Below are positions 16,120-24,484 of a DNA stretch of 26,279 nucleotides, one piece after another. Made by a program: the position numbers and the translations under genes. How positions within the stretch are numbered: the stretch's first letter is position 1; each line of letters opens with the position of its first letter. Source of the stretch: Planctomycetota bacterium (GTDB lineage Bacteria; Planctomycetota; GCA-002687715; DRQF01); NCBI GenBank assembly GCA_027001995.1, contig JALTLO010000025.1, positions 1 to 26,279 on the forward strand, read 5' to 3'. The notes below the pieces were generated by a model that ran no database searches, was not told the origin of the DNA, and saw nothing but the letters and a program-made list of their open reading frames with translations.

Positions 16120-17685
16120 TCACTCGGAACGACGACGAGGCAGGTTCAATTGGAAAGAACTACCCTTTTCCGGGGCACTTTCCACTGAAATCCGACCGCC
16201 GTGCCCTGTCACAATATTGTGTACGATTCCAAGTCCAAGACCGGTTCCTTTGTTTCCTGTTTTCGTAGTGAAAAACAGGTCAAAAATGTGCTCTTTCACC
16301 TCATCTGTCATGCCTTTGCCATTGTCTTTCACCCTTATTTCCACTTCGGAGCCCAGCGCAGCGGCAGACACTTCAATTCTTGGCTCTTTTTCGTCCCCCA
16401 CGGCGTCACAGGCATTGATGAGGAGATTAAGAAAAATTTGCGACAATTCGTTGCGATCTCCCACGACATGGAGCCCTTCTGGCACATCCAGAGCCAATTC
16501 AATGCGATTTTCTCGCAATTTGTGGGCAACCAAGGCTCTGGCCTGGTCTATCGGCCACAGAAGCTCCACCGTCTCCACTTGAGGGGCATGCCGAGGTGAA
16601 GTGGCCAAGACCCGTTGAACCGTTGTCTGAATGCGTCTCACAGCATCCTCTGCCACATCCCGATACTTAGCACGTCGATCTTCTGGAAGGTCGCTCGACC
16701 CTAAGCGCCTCAAAGCATTGAGAATTCCCCCCAAAGGGTTGTTAATCTCATGGGCGATTCCGGCGGCGATCCGCCCCATGGCCGCCAAACGCTCGGAAAC
16801 GACCAAATGTTGCTCCGCCCGCTTGAATCTCTCCGTGGCGGCGGAAATGTTGCCCTGCATCCGGGTCCGATACTCCTCCAACTGCCCCATCATGATGTTC
16901 ATGGCTTTGGCTACAGAGCCGATTTCGTCAAGGCGGTCTGCGTAGGGCAAAGGTTGACTGTAATCCCCAGAGGAGATTCGAAGAGCTGCACGTTCCGTGG
17001 CCGAAAGAGGCTCCAGGACCAGGCGTTTCAGCGAATAGTAGAGAGTAAATAAGAGCAAAAGCATGGCCGGAACCGAAATAGCGAGAATCCGACGCACAGA
17101 CTCACTGGGATCGAAACTCACGGGTTCGACCAAATTCATGCGAAAGTAGTAGCCCCAATCCGGCGAAACATCTGGATCAACTTTGCCATAAACAACGACG
17201 TGGCCATGATCATCAACGAAAGTCTCGAAGCCGTCGACCTTCGAAACTCTCTGCCGTAGAAAGCTCTTGCTGACTTTCGCTGACTCCTCAGCGGAAAGGA
17301 CCAAACGAGGCCTAGGATTAAAACGATTGATATCGGTCTCGGAGAATCGAACAAAGAAAACCCGATCCAAATACTTGGTCACCAAAGGGTCTTCATCCCA
17401 ATAAGGCAAATCGGAAAGAGCCAAGGCAATGGCGAATTCGTCGTAACCTTCATCCTCGGCGGTGACCCCCAAGGATTTCTTCAACACCCGGAGCAGCTCT
17501 ATTTCCATGCTCACTTTGAAGCTGTTTGCCAAGACTTCTGCTGTGCCTTTGGCGAAGGCGGCCCGGTCAGCTTTTAGGCGATTGCGGGATTCTTCTGTTT
17601 CGCGAAAAACAGAAACGGCAATCAACGAAACGGTAATCACGTTAACCACCAAGAATAAGATTGTAGCCCGCCGTCGAATCGACAT
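16120..17685 (-). CDS. Membrane sensor histidine kinase (TM-periplasmic-TM-HAMP-HisKA-HATPase)
   Basis: DEIGSVAKAMN HAMP, H-box AGIAHEINNPL, N-box QIFLNLLINA, DNGKGM, FDLFFTTK and GTGLGL. Confidence 0.95.
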   Translation of the reverse strand: MSIRRRATILFLVVNVITVSLIAVSVFRETEESRNRLKADRAAFAKGTAEVLANSFKVSMEIELLRVLKKSLGVTAEDEGYDEFAIALALSDLPYWDEDPLVTKYLDRVFFVRFSETDINRFNPRPRLVLSAEESAKVSKSFLRQRVSKVDGFETFVDDHGHVVVYGKVDPDVSPDWGYYFRMNLVEPVSFDPSESVRRILAISVPAMLLLLFTLYYSLKRLVLEPLSATERAALRISSGDYSQPLPYADRLDEIGSVAKAMNIMMGQLEEYRTRMQGNISAATERFKRAEQHLVVSERLAAMGRIAAGIAHEINNPLGGILNALRRLGSSDLPEDRRAKYRDVAEDAVRRIQTTVQRVLATSPRHAPQVETVELLWPIDQARALVAHKLRENRIELALDVPEGLHVVGDRNELSQIFLNLLINACDAVGDEKEPRIEVSAAALGSEVEIRVKDNGKGMTDEVKEHIFDLFFTTKTGNKGTGLGLGIVHNIVTGHGGRISVESAPEKGSSFQLNLPRRRSE

Positions 17686-17892
17686 AGGTAGCTGTTAACC
17701 CCCGCCCCGCACCATCCGCGTGAAGACCTGTCTTGTTTTAATCTACTGGCTGCCCAAAGACCCAAGAGCAGAAACTATAGCCTTCATCAAGAGAACTCCA
17801 AGTCCGACCATCCTATCTCTTGGGACGACGAAACGAGCAAGCATGTTTCCTACTTTTTACATTTCGTCCGCTTCAGGCATCAATTGAAAGCA

Positions 17893-17943
17893 TCTCCTCC
17901 TTGTTTCTTGAAGGAAAACTCATGGCATGAAACAAGGAGAAGA
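17893..17943. repeat. Inverted repeat (stem-loop) just downstream of pilC
   Basis: CTCCTTGTTTC (17897-17907) and GAAACAAGGAG (17929-17939) form a perfect 11-bp stem, extendable by TCT/AGA. Confidence 0.7.
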
Positions 17944-17961
17944 GCACAGCCACGAGGCCGT

Positions 17962-19095
17962 TTAGATGTTACCTTGCATTTCGAGCAAAGGCATGAATAA
18001 GGCAATCACGATAAAACCAACAACGAGTCCCATGACAACGATGAGCATGGGCTCTAAGACACTGAGCATAGCGCCAACAGTGGCATCGACCTCGTCGTCA
18101 TAGCGATCGGCAACCTTCATCAACATGCGGTCCAGTTCACCGGTTTCCTCCCCCACATCGACCATGTTGACAACCATGTCGTCGAAGATACCGCTCTCCC
18201 CCAGAGGTTCGGCGATGCTCTCTCCTTCGCTGACACTGGTCTTGACATTCTCGACCGTGACCCGCAGTACTTCGTTGGTTGCAGTTCCCTTCACGATCTC
18301 AAGGCTCTCCAACAGCGGAACACCGGAAGTTGAGAGTGTGCCCAAAGTCCGTGAGAATCGTGAGATCTGAGTCTTCTTAAGCAAAGTACCGAAGAGCGGC
18401 GTCTTAAGCTTCAATCGATCGGTGAACATCAACCCTCCCGGGGAGCGCCGAATCAGTCGCCATAAACCAACAACCAACAAAGGTGAAAGAACGACCAAGT
18501 ACCAATAGGTGGCAATGGCATGACTGAAATCGATCAGCCCCCGTGTCATAGGAGGAAGTTCTTGCCCCATACTGCCGAATATTTCTTCGAACTGCGGCAC
18601 CACGACAATCATGATGAAGGTCAAAACAGCCACGGCGAAGAGCACGACAAAGGTGGGATAAGCAAGAGCTCCTTTCACCCGGCGCATCAACTTGTCACTG
18701 CGCTCCATGAAGTCAGCCAATCGCTGGAAGACCTCCGTCAACATACCACCGGCTTCACCGGCACGAATGACATTGACGTAGAGCGAATCAAAGATCTTTG
18801 GATGTTTCGAAAATGCTTCCGATAAAGGGCTACCACCTTCAACATCCTCGGACACCCCTTGAAGAACGGTCTTGAATCGCCCCGGCGCCATTTGCCCTTC
18901 CAGAATCTTCAGGCTCCGCAGGACTGGGAGACCAGCATCTTGCAAAGTAGAAAACTGAACTGAAAACTGGGTCTTCATTTGGCGCGAAACGCGTCCACCA
19001 CCAAAGAGAGGTTTCTTCTCTCCCGCTTCTTTGGGTGCGCTGGTTTTAGCCGCAGTCTTAAACTTGTCACGGCGCTTCTTCAGATTATCAGGCAT
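17962..19095 (-). CDS. pilC: Type IV pilus / T2SS inner-membrane platform protein (PilC/GspF)
   Basis: Two T2SSF repeats: AGLP.L.SL, G..LS.A...HP..F..LYVN...AGE.GG.L, ALAYP, SGVP.L..L, GEETGEL..ML, LEP; three TMs. Confidence 0.93.
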   Translation of the reverse strand: MPDNLKKRRDKFKTAAKTSAPKEAGEKKPLFGGGRVSRQMKTQFSVQFSTLQDAGLPVLRSLKILEGQMAPGRFKTVLQGVSEDVEGGSPLSEAFSKHPKIFDSLYVNVIRAGEAGGMLTEVFQRLADFMERSDKLMRRVKGALAYPTFVVLFAVAVLTFIMIVVVPQFEEIFGSMGQELPPMTRGLIDFSHAIATYWYLVVLSPLLVVGLWRLIRRSPGGLMFTDRLKLKTPLFGTLLKKTQISRFSRTLGTLSTSGVPLLESLEIVKGTATNEVLRVTVENVKTSVSEGESIAEPLGESGIFDDMVVNMVDVGEETGELDRMLMKVADRYDDEVDATVGAMLSVLEPMLIVVMGLVVGFIVIALFMPLLEMQGNI

Positions 19096-19107
19096 CTGCT
19101 TTTCCTA

Positions 19108-20799
19108 TCAGTGATAAACCGTTTCACGAATCACCTCTTCAGGTGTGGTTTTTCCTTCAAAAATTGCGATCAGGCCGCTTTCTCGTAGGGGTCTCATACC
19201 ATCGCCCTTGGCGATTTCTCCCAGGGCCATGGCGCTCACCTCTCCAATGATCCCCTCTTTCACACGATCACTCACGTCGAGGATCTCGAAGAGGGCCATG
19301 CGGCCCCGATAGCCGGTGCCGTAGCAATGTTCGCATCCACTGCCAGAAAAGAACTTGGCAGAAGCCGCATCTGCGGCGGAAATCCCTAAATCATCCAAGA
19401 CCTCTTGCGGTGGTGAGTAAGGCCCTCGGCAGTGCTGACAAATGGTCCGAACGAGCCTTTGAGCCACCACCGCTTCCAAGGTTGCCGCGATCAAGAATGG
19501 CTGCACACCAATATCGACCAGGCGGGTGACAGCAGAAGCAGCATCGTTGGTATGAAGGGTGCTAAAAACCACGTGTCCCGTGAGAGAGGCTTCCACCGCA
19601 ATCTGAGCGGTCTCACGATCCCGAATCTCACCAACCAGAATCTTATCTGGATCTTGGCGCAAGATGGAACGCAAACAGTCAGCGTAGGTAACACCGATAT
19701 CTTCATTGACTTGCACCTGAACAATGTCGGGCAACTCGTACTCAACTGGGTCTTCCGTGGTGATGATCTTTTGGTCTTCACTATTGGCAGCATTCAGAGC
19801 TGCGTAGAGCGTTGTTGTCTTGCCGGAACCAGTTGGCCCAGTCACCAAGATAATCCCGTGAGGTAATTCAATCAGGCGTTTGAGTATGTCTGACTCTTCC
19901 GGGCGAAGCCCCAACTTGTCGAGATCAAGATTAACAACCGTCTTGTCGAGAACGCGCATGACGCAACTCTCGCCGTACATGGTCGGAAGCGTCGAGACCC
20001 GCACATCAACCTTGCGCCCACCGACCATCAAATCGATGCGACCATCTTGAGGCATGCGTGTTTCGGCGATATCCAAATTCGCCATGACTTTGACCCGTGA
20101 TACCAAGGCAGTTGCCAAGTAACTGGGTGGCGAGCGCAATTCAAAGAGAACACCATCAATGCGATAGCGAATCTTGAATTCGTCCTCGAAGGGCTCCATG
20201 TGAATATCGCTGGCCTGATCACGAATGGCCATGAACAGGACGTAGTTGAGCAACTTGACCACAGGAGTCGATTGGGCCAAGGCTTCCTGATCGTCAATAC
20301 TGGCGGCACCCTCATTCAAGCCTTCCAATTCGTCGAGCAAAGAATCCATGTCTTCCGCTCGTTCTTGGAAGCTCTCCTTAATGAGGACATCAATTTGATC
20401 TGGTTCAGCAAAATAGGCTTCAAGCTCGCATCCCAAAATGAAACGAACGTCATCAAGGCAACTGAGATGAGTGGGGTCTGAGATGGCCACCTTGACCACA
20501 CCACCGACTTGAGCATAAGGAACGACTCGAAAGATGTTAACAGTGGCTGCGTCCATGCGGCTCACAAGATCTTCAGGAATCGTTTGGCCTTCCAAGTCAA
20601 CCTTAGCGATACCCATCTGAGTTGCCAGGGCTTCCATGAGCTGGGCCTCTTTGAGATAGCCAAGATTGACCAAAATGCGGCCAATTTGCCCCCCCTCTTC
20701 TTTCTGCAGGCCAAGGGCTTCTTGAATCTGACCCTCATGGACCAAACGCATTTCTTTGAGGATTTGCCCCAGGAGTTTCTTGCGGTTCTGTCCAGCCAT
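19108..20799 (-). CDS. pilB: PilB/GspE family extension ATPase (second copy, canonical motifs)
   Basis: MshEN-like N-terminus, ASDIH.EP, PQDGR, Walker A GPTGSGKTT, TEDPVE, RQDPD.ILVGEIRD, TLHTND and the CQHC...CEHC zinc motif. Confidence 0.93.
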   Translation of the reverse strand: MAGQNRKKLLGQILKEMRLVHEGQIQEALGLQKEEGGQIGRILVNLGYLKEAQLMEALATQMGIAKVDLEGQTIPEDLVSRMDAATVNIFRVVPYAQVGGVVKVAISDPTHLSCLDDVRFILGCELEAYFAEPDQIDVLIKESFQERAEDMDSLLDELEGLNEGAASIDDQEALAQSTPVVKLLNYVLFMAIRDQASDIHMEPFEDEFKIRYRIDGVLFELRSPPSYLATALVSRVKVMANLDIAETRMPQDGRIDLMVGGRKVDVRVSTLPTMYGESCVMRVLDKTVVNLDLDKLGLRPEESDILKRLIELPHGIILVTGPTGSGKTTTLYAALNAANSEDQKIITTEDPVEYELPDIVQVQVNEDIGVTYADCLRSILRQDPDKILVGEIRDRETAQIAVEASLTGHVVFSTLHTNDAASAVTRLVDIGVQPFLIAATLEAVVAQRLVRTICQHCRGPYSPPQEVLDDLGISAADAASAKFFSGSGCEHCYGTGYRGRMALFEILDVSDRVKEGIIGEVSAMALGEIAKGDGMRPLRESGLIAIFEGKTTPEEVIRETVYH

Positions 20800-21857
20800 C
20801 AGCCCAGCACCTTTTCCTTCATTTCCTGAGTTCTTTGGGCCAGGGACAAAGCCATTTCGTCTTCAATCACCCCGTCCTGATAGAGCCTGAAGAGATGGTC
20901 GTCGAGCAATTGCATGCCACGACGTTTTCCTGTCTGGATCTCAGAGAACAACTTATAGGTTTCATTCTTGCGGATGTGATTGCCAATAGCTGGCGAATTG
21001 ATCATCAACTCAAACGCCGCCACAACACCAGGTTTGTCGATGCGAGGTACCAACACTTGGGAAATCACCGCCAAAAGTCCACCGGCTAGCTGAGTTCTGA
21101 CTTGTTCCTGCTGATCAACGGGAAAGGAATCGATGATACGGTCGACCGTGCGTGCGGAACCGGTTGTGTGCAAGGTTCCCAAGACTAAGTGACCGGTTTC
21201 AGCCGCGGTGATGGCCGTGGAAATTGTCTCCAAGTCGCGCATTTCTCCCAAGAGAATGATGTCCGGATCCTGACGCAACGCTCGACGCATGGCCTCAGAA
21301 AAATCGGGAGTGTCGACGCCAATCTCCCTTTGTGTCAGAACGCTTTTTTTGTGGTCATGGTAGTACTCAATGGGATCTTCAATGGTGATAATGTGGTGTT
21401 CGAAATTCTGATTGATGTAGTCAATCATCGTGGCCAAGGTCGTCGTCTTTCCAGAACCGGTGGGGCCAGTCACAAGGATCATACCCCGAGGCTTCGTCAA
21501 CAGCTTTTTCACATGATCGGGCAATCCGATTTGCTCAAAGCTCAACAGCCTGGAAGGAATCAACCGCAACACCATGCCCACATGGCCTTTTTGTTTGAGA
21601 ATTGAAACACGAAAACGGGCCTCTTCTCCATAGCCCATACCGAAATCGACCGACCCCAATTCAGCGAATTCGGCCTTCAGACGCTCAGGCATGATGCTGT
21701 TCGCCATGGCCTCGGTGTCTTCTGGGGTGAGTGGGTCAGCATCGATGCTCTTCATGCGCCCACCTTGGCGCAAGACGGGGGGCCGGCCCACAGTCAAATG
21801 AATGTCTGAGCCACTGCTTTGAATACAAAAATCAAGAACGCTATTTAGATCTGTCAT
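20799..21857 (-). CDS. pilT: Type IV pilus retraction ATPase
   Basis: SDIHL.VG.PP, GPTGSGKTTTLA, TIEDPIEY, QREIG.DT, ALRQDPD..L.GEMRD, AAETGHLV..TLHT and AIGNHIRK. Start moved to ATG 21857; TGATG overlap with the next gene. Confidence 0.95.
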   Translation of the reverse strand: MTDLNSVLDFCIQSSGSDIHLTVGRPPVLRQGGRMKSIDADPLTPEDTEAMANSIMPERLKAEFAELGSVDFGMGYGEEARFRVSILKQKGHVGMVLRLIPSRLLSFEQIGLPDHVKKLLTKPRGMILVTGPTGSGKTTTLATMIDYINQNFEHHIITIEDPIEYYHDHKKSVLTQREIGVDTPDFSEAMRRALRQDPDIILLGEMRDLETISTAITAAETGHLVLGTLHTTGSARTVDRIIDSFPVDQQEQVRTQLAGGLLAVISQVLVPRIDKPGVVAAFELMINSPAIGNHIRKNETYKLFSEIQTGKRRGMQLLDDHLFRLYQDGVIEDEMALSLAQRTQEMKEKVLG

Positions 21858-21867
21858 GTGGTGTCTC

Positions 21868-23523
21868 TTAACTTTCCCCGACTTCTTGACTGACGACGCG
21901 AAGTACTTCTTCGATACTCGTTTTGCCCTCGATAACCTTGCGGGCACCGTCTGCCCGAAGTGAGGACATACCGGACAACAGAGCTTGCCTGCGGATTTCC
22001 AAGTGGGAGGCCCCATTGAAAGTAAGCTCACGCAAGTCTTCATCCACGATCATCAATTCAAAGATTCCGATGCGACCAGTGTAGCCATTAAAGCCACATT
22101 TCTCGCACCCTTTTGCTCGATAGACTTGAATCCCTTGTGCTTCTTCAGGGGACAGGCCGACAGTGGCCAGCTCAGGAACGGAAGGCTCATAGGGCTCTTT
22201 GCATTTAACGCACAGAGCTCGCACCAAACGCTGAGCCATAACCGCGACAATGGAAGTCGAAACCATATAGGGCGGAACACCCATCTCAATCAAACGGGTG
22301 ATGGCGCTGGGGGCATCATTCGTGTGAAGCGTCGAGAAAACCAAGTGACCTGTCAAAGCCGCTTGGGTGGCAATCGATGCGGTTTCCTTGTCACGAATTT
22401 CGCCAACCAGAATGATGTTGGGAGCCTGTCGCAGCATGGCTCGCAGGATGCGTGAGAAATCCAACCCGATGGAGTGTTTCACCTGGCATTGGTTGATGCC
22501 TTTGAGGTTGTACTCGATGGGGTTTTCCGCCGTGATGATCTTGCGATCAGGGGTGTTGAGTTTTTTGAGGGCCGCATAAAGCGTTGTTGTCTTACCTGAG
22601 CCCGTGGGCCCGGTCACAAGAAAAATACCGTTGGGCCTTTTGATGATCTTGTTGAAGCGCTCCAAGTCTGGGCCGCCGAAGCCTAGCTTCTCCAAGGAAA
22701 CCAAACCTTCCACTTTGTCCAGAATACGGCAAACAATGCTCTCCCCTTTGATTGCGGGCAATGCACTGACGCGCATGTCAATTTCTTTGGACAAAGCTTT
22801 GGTTTTGATTCGCCCATCTTGAGGTTTGCGTTTCTCAGAGATGTCCATGCCCGCAAGAATCTTCATCCGAGATATAATGGGACCATGAAGATGCTTGGGA
22901 TGCCGAGCCACAGTCTTACAGACACCGTCGACGCGAAAACGAATCCGAATTTCATCATCGTAGGGCTCGAAGTGAATATCAGATGCCCGGACTCGGACCG
23001 CATCTTCGATCATGCTGTCGACCAAGCGGATGATCGGTGCTTCGTCGTCTTCTTCTTCCTTAACGACGCTTGCACTCCCCTCAGACAAATCGGCATCAAC
23101 AGCGTAGTAGCGGCGAAATGCTTCCTTGAGATCTGACTCCGCAGCGATGGCGCAACGGAACTTCATGTTCAACATGAAGGTGAGATTCTCCAAGTTAAAC
23201 ACTTGCATGGGGTCCGCGATAGCGACGATCACTTCACCCTTTTGCACCTTGATTGGCACAATCCCATATTCTTCCGCAAGGTTGGCGGGGATCAATTCGA
23301 TCACTTCTGCGGCAATACGCCCCTTGGAAAGGTCAACAAAGGGAAGTTTCGCTTGCCGAGCTAAGGCCCGGGCCAAATGAACGTCCGTGATGTGCCCCAT
23401 CTTGATCAAAGCCTGGCCGAACTTGAGACCAGCGTCATTTTGCAGCCGAATCGCGTCTTCCACCTGTTTTTCGTCGATCACATCCTGGGCTAAGAGGATT
23501 TGCCCAAGTAATTGTCGCGCCAT
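21868..23523 (-). CDS. pilB: PilB/GspE family ATPase (first copy, variant acidic motifs)
   Basis: MshEN-like N-terminus, ASDIHFEP, PQDGR, GPTGSGKTT, TAENPIE, RQAPNIILVGEIRD, TLHTND and CVKC...CEKC. Confidence 0.92.
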   Translation of the reverse strand: MARQLLGQILLAQDVIDEKQVEDAIRLQNDAGLKFGQALIKMGHITDVHLARALARQAKLPFVDLSKGRIAAEVIELIPANLAEEYGIVPIKVQKGEVIVAIADPMQVFNLENLTFMLNMKFRCAIAAESDLKEAFRRYYAVDADLSEGSASVVKEEEDDEAPIIRLVDSMIEDAVRVRASDIHFEPYDDEIRIRFRVDGVCKTVARHPKHLHGPIISRMKILAGMDISEKRKPQDGRIKTKALSKEIDMRVSALPAIKGESIVCRILDKVEGLVSLEKLGFGGPDLERFNKIIKRPNGIFLVTGPTGSGKTTTLYAALKKLNTPDRKIITAENPIEYNLKGINQCQVKHSIGLDFSRILRAMLRQAPNIILVGEIRDKETASIATQAALTGHLVFSTLHTNDAPSAITRLIEMGVPPYMVSTSIVAVMAQRLVRALCVKCKEPYEPSVPELATVGLSPEEAQGIQVYRAKGCEKCGFNGYTGRIGIFELMIVDEDLRELTFNGASHLEIRRQALLSGMSSLRADGARKVIEGKTSIEEVLRVVSQEVGES

Positions 23524-23590
23524 GAGTTACGAACCCTCAAACATCCATTTTTTGATCAGAAAGGAGACCGATTCCTGTCGAGCGGGGCGC

Positions 23591-23620
23591 ATTGTACGCG
23601 GGGCGGGTTTCTCTTTGCAA
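23591..23620 (-). promoter_or_regulatory. Putative sigma70 promoter of the pil operon
   Basis: Minus strand TTGCAA-18 nt-TACAAT followed by a GC-rich discriminator (GCGCCCCGC). Confidence 0.65.
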
Positions 23621-23779
23621 GAGATCCTAAGTTAGCCCGGTTATTTGACTTAGTGAAGAGCCATAAATAGTGTGCTGCTGCTTTGATCTTAGCCTCTTCA
23701 GACCCAAGTAAGCAGATGGATTGACCTTAGAAAGTCTGCCCTAACTCATGATGAGGCAAGGAGATACAATTTATACATT

Positions 23780-23808
23780 TTGACACACAAGCATTCTCCT
23801 GCTACCTT
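23780..23808 (+). promoter_or_regulatory. Putative sigma70 promoter of the lipoprotein-ppdK unit
   Basis: TTGACA-17 nt-TACCTT with TGC before the -10. Confidence 0.7.
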
Positions 23809-23844
23809 GACGTCTCTCCTTCAAGCTCCAAGTTAAGGATCATC

Positions 23845-24465
23845 ATGAATTTTCGCATCCTCCTCGTCCTCATCACTGCCCTCCTCACCTCTGCTTGTGT
23901 CAGTTATCCCCCGGATAGCCCGCCCCCTGGATACGACCAGAGCTCCCCGAGGCAAACTGTTTCATACCTCCAATGGGCCTTTGAAAACGAGCAGCCTTTG
24001 CACGTTTCCCTCTGTCTCACCAACAAGTACATGAAATTGGTGGGTATCAGCCCCGCAGACTTGGACATGTTTTGGGCCACCGCCAAAGAAAGAATCGAGG
24101 CGGAAATCGGAAATGTCGATGACATCAAGAAGGTGGAAGAGCTTTTCCGTTCACCAGACGGAAAAACGCGCATCATCCGCTATGGGTCGGGAGACATCAT
24201 TGCGGATGTGATCTTCGTCCTGGAGTCCCGCTACAGAATCGTTCCTGCAAAGGCCACGAAAGAGATCATTGAAGGCAATTTCGAATCCATGGAATCCGTT
24301 TTGAAATACGCTGATGACCAGGCCGTAATCACCCTGCCCTTGTTGCCGGACACCGAAAAACTGACGCCATCTAAGATCCACAGAATTCTCATTGAGAGTT
24401 CGTGGCGCATTGATGGATTCAAAAGTAAGAACGCAAAAACAGGCGAAGAACTGTTCCAAAGCTGA
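23845..24465 (+). CDS. Hypothetical lipoprotein
   Basis: TAAGGA SD; signal peptide [18 protein letters not shown]; 19 nt gap to ppdK. Confidence 0.8.
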   Translation: MNFRILLVLITALLTSACVSYPPDSPPPGYDQSSPRQTVSYLQWAFENEQPLHVSLCLTNKYMKLVGISPADLDMFWATAKERIEAEIGNVDDIKKVEELFRSPDGKTRIIRYGSGDIIADVIFVLESRYRIVPAKATKEIIEGNFESMESVLKYADDQAVITLPLLPDTEKLTPSKIHRILIESSWRIDGFKSKNAKTGEELFQS

Positions 24466-24484
24466 GATCTATCACGAGGCAATC

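Noticed and set aside
21858..22043. 62-aa N-terminal extension of PilT with CCPVC in the ORF track
   Set aside because: It overlaps the pilB 3' end, and PilT homology starts at ATG 21857. Similar over-long starts were trimmed for nuoA, nuoB, the ligase, the zinc-ribbon gene and dnaG.
23524..23844. c-di-GMP riboswitch or other ncRNA in the pilB upstream spacer
   Set aside because: No GEMM-like two-hairpin motif is visible, and the two divergent promoters explain the region.
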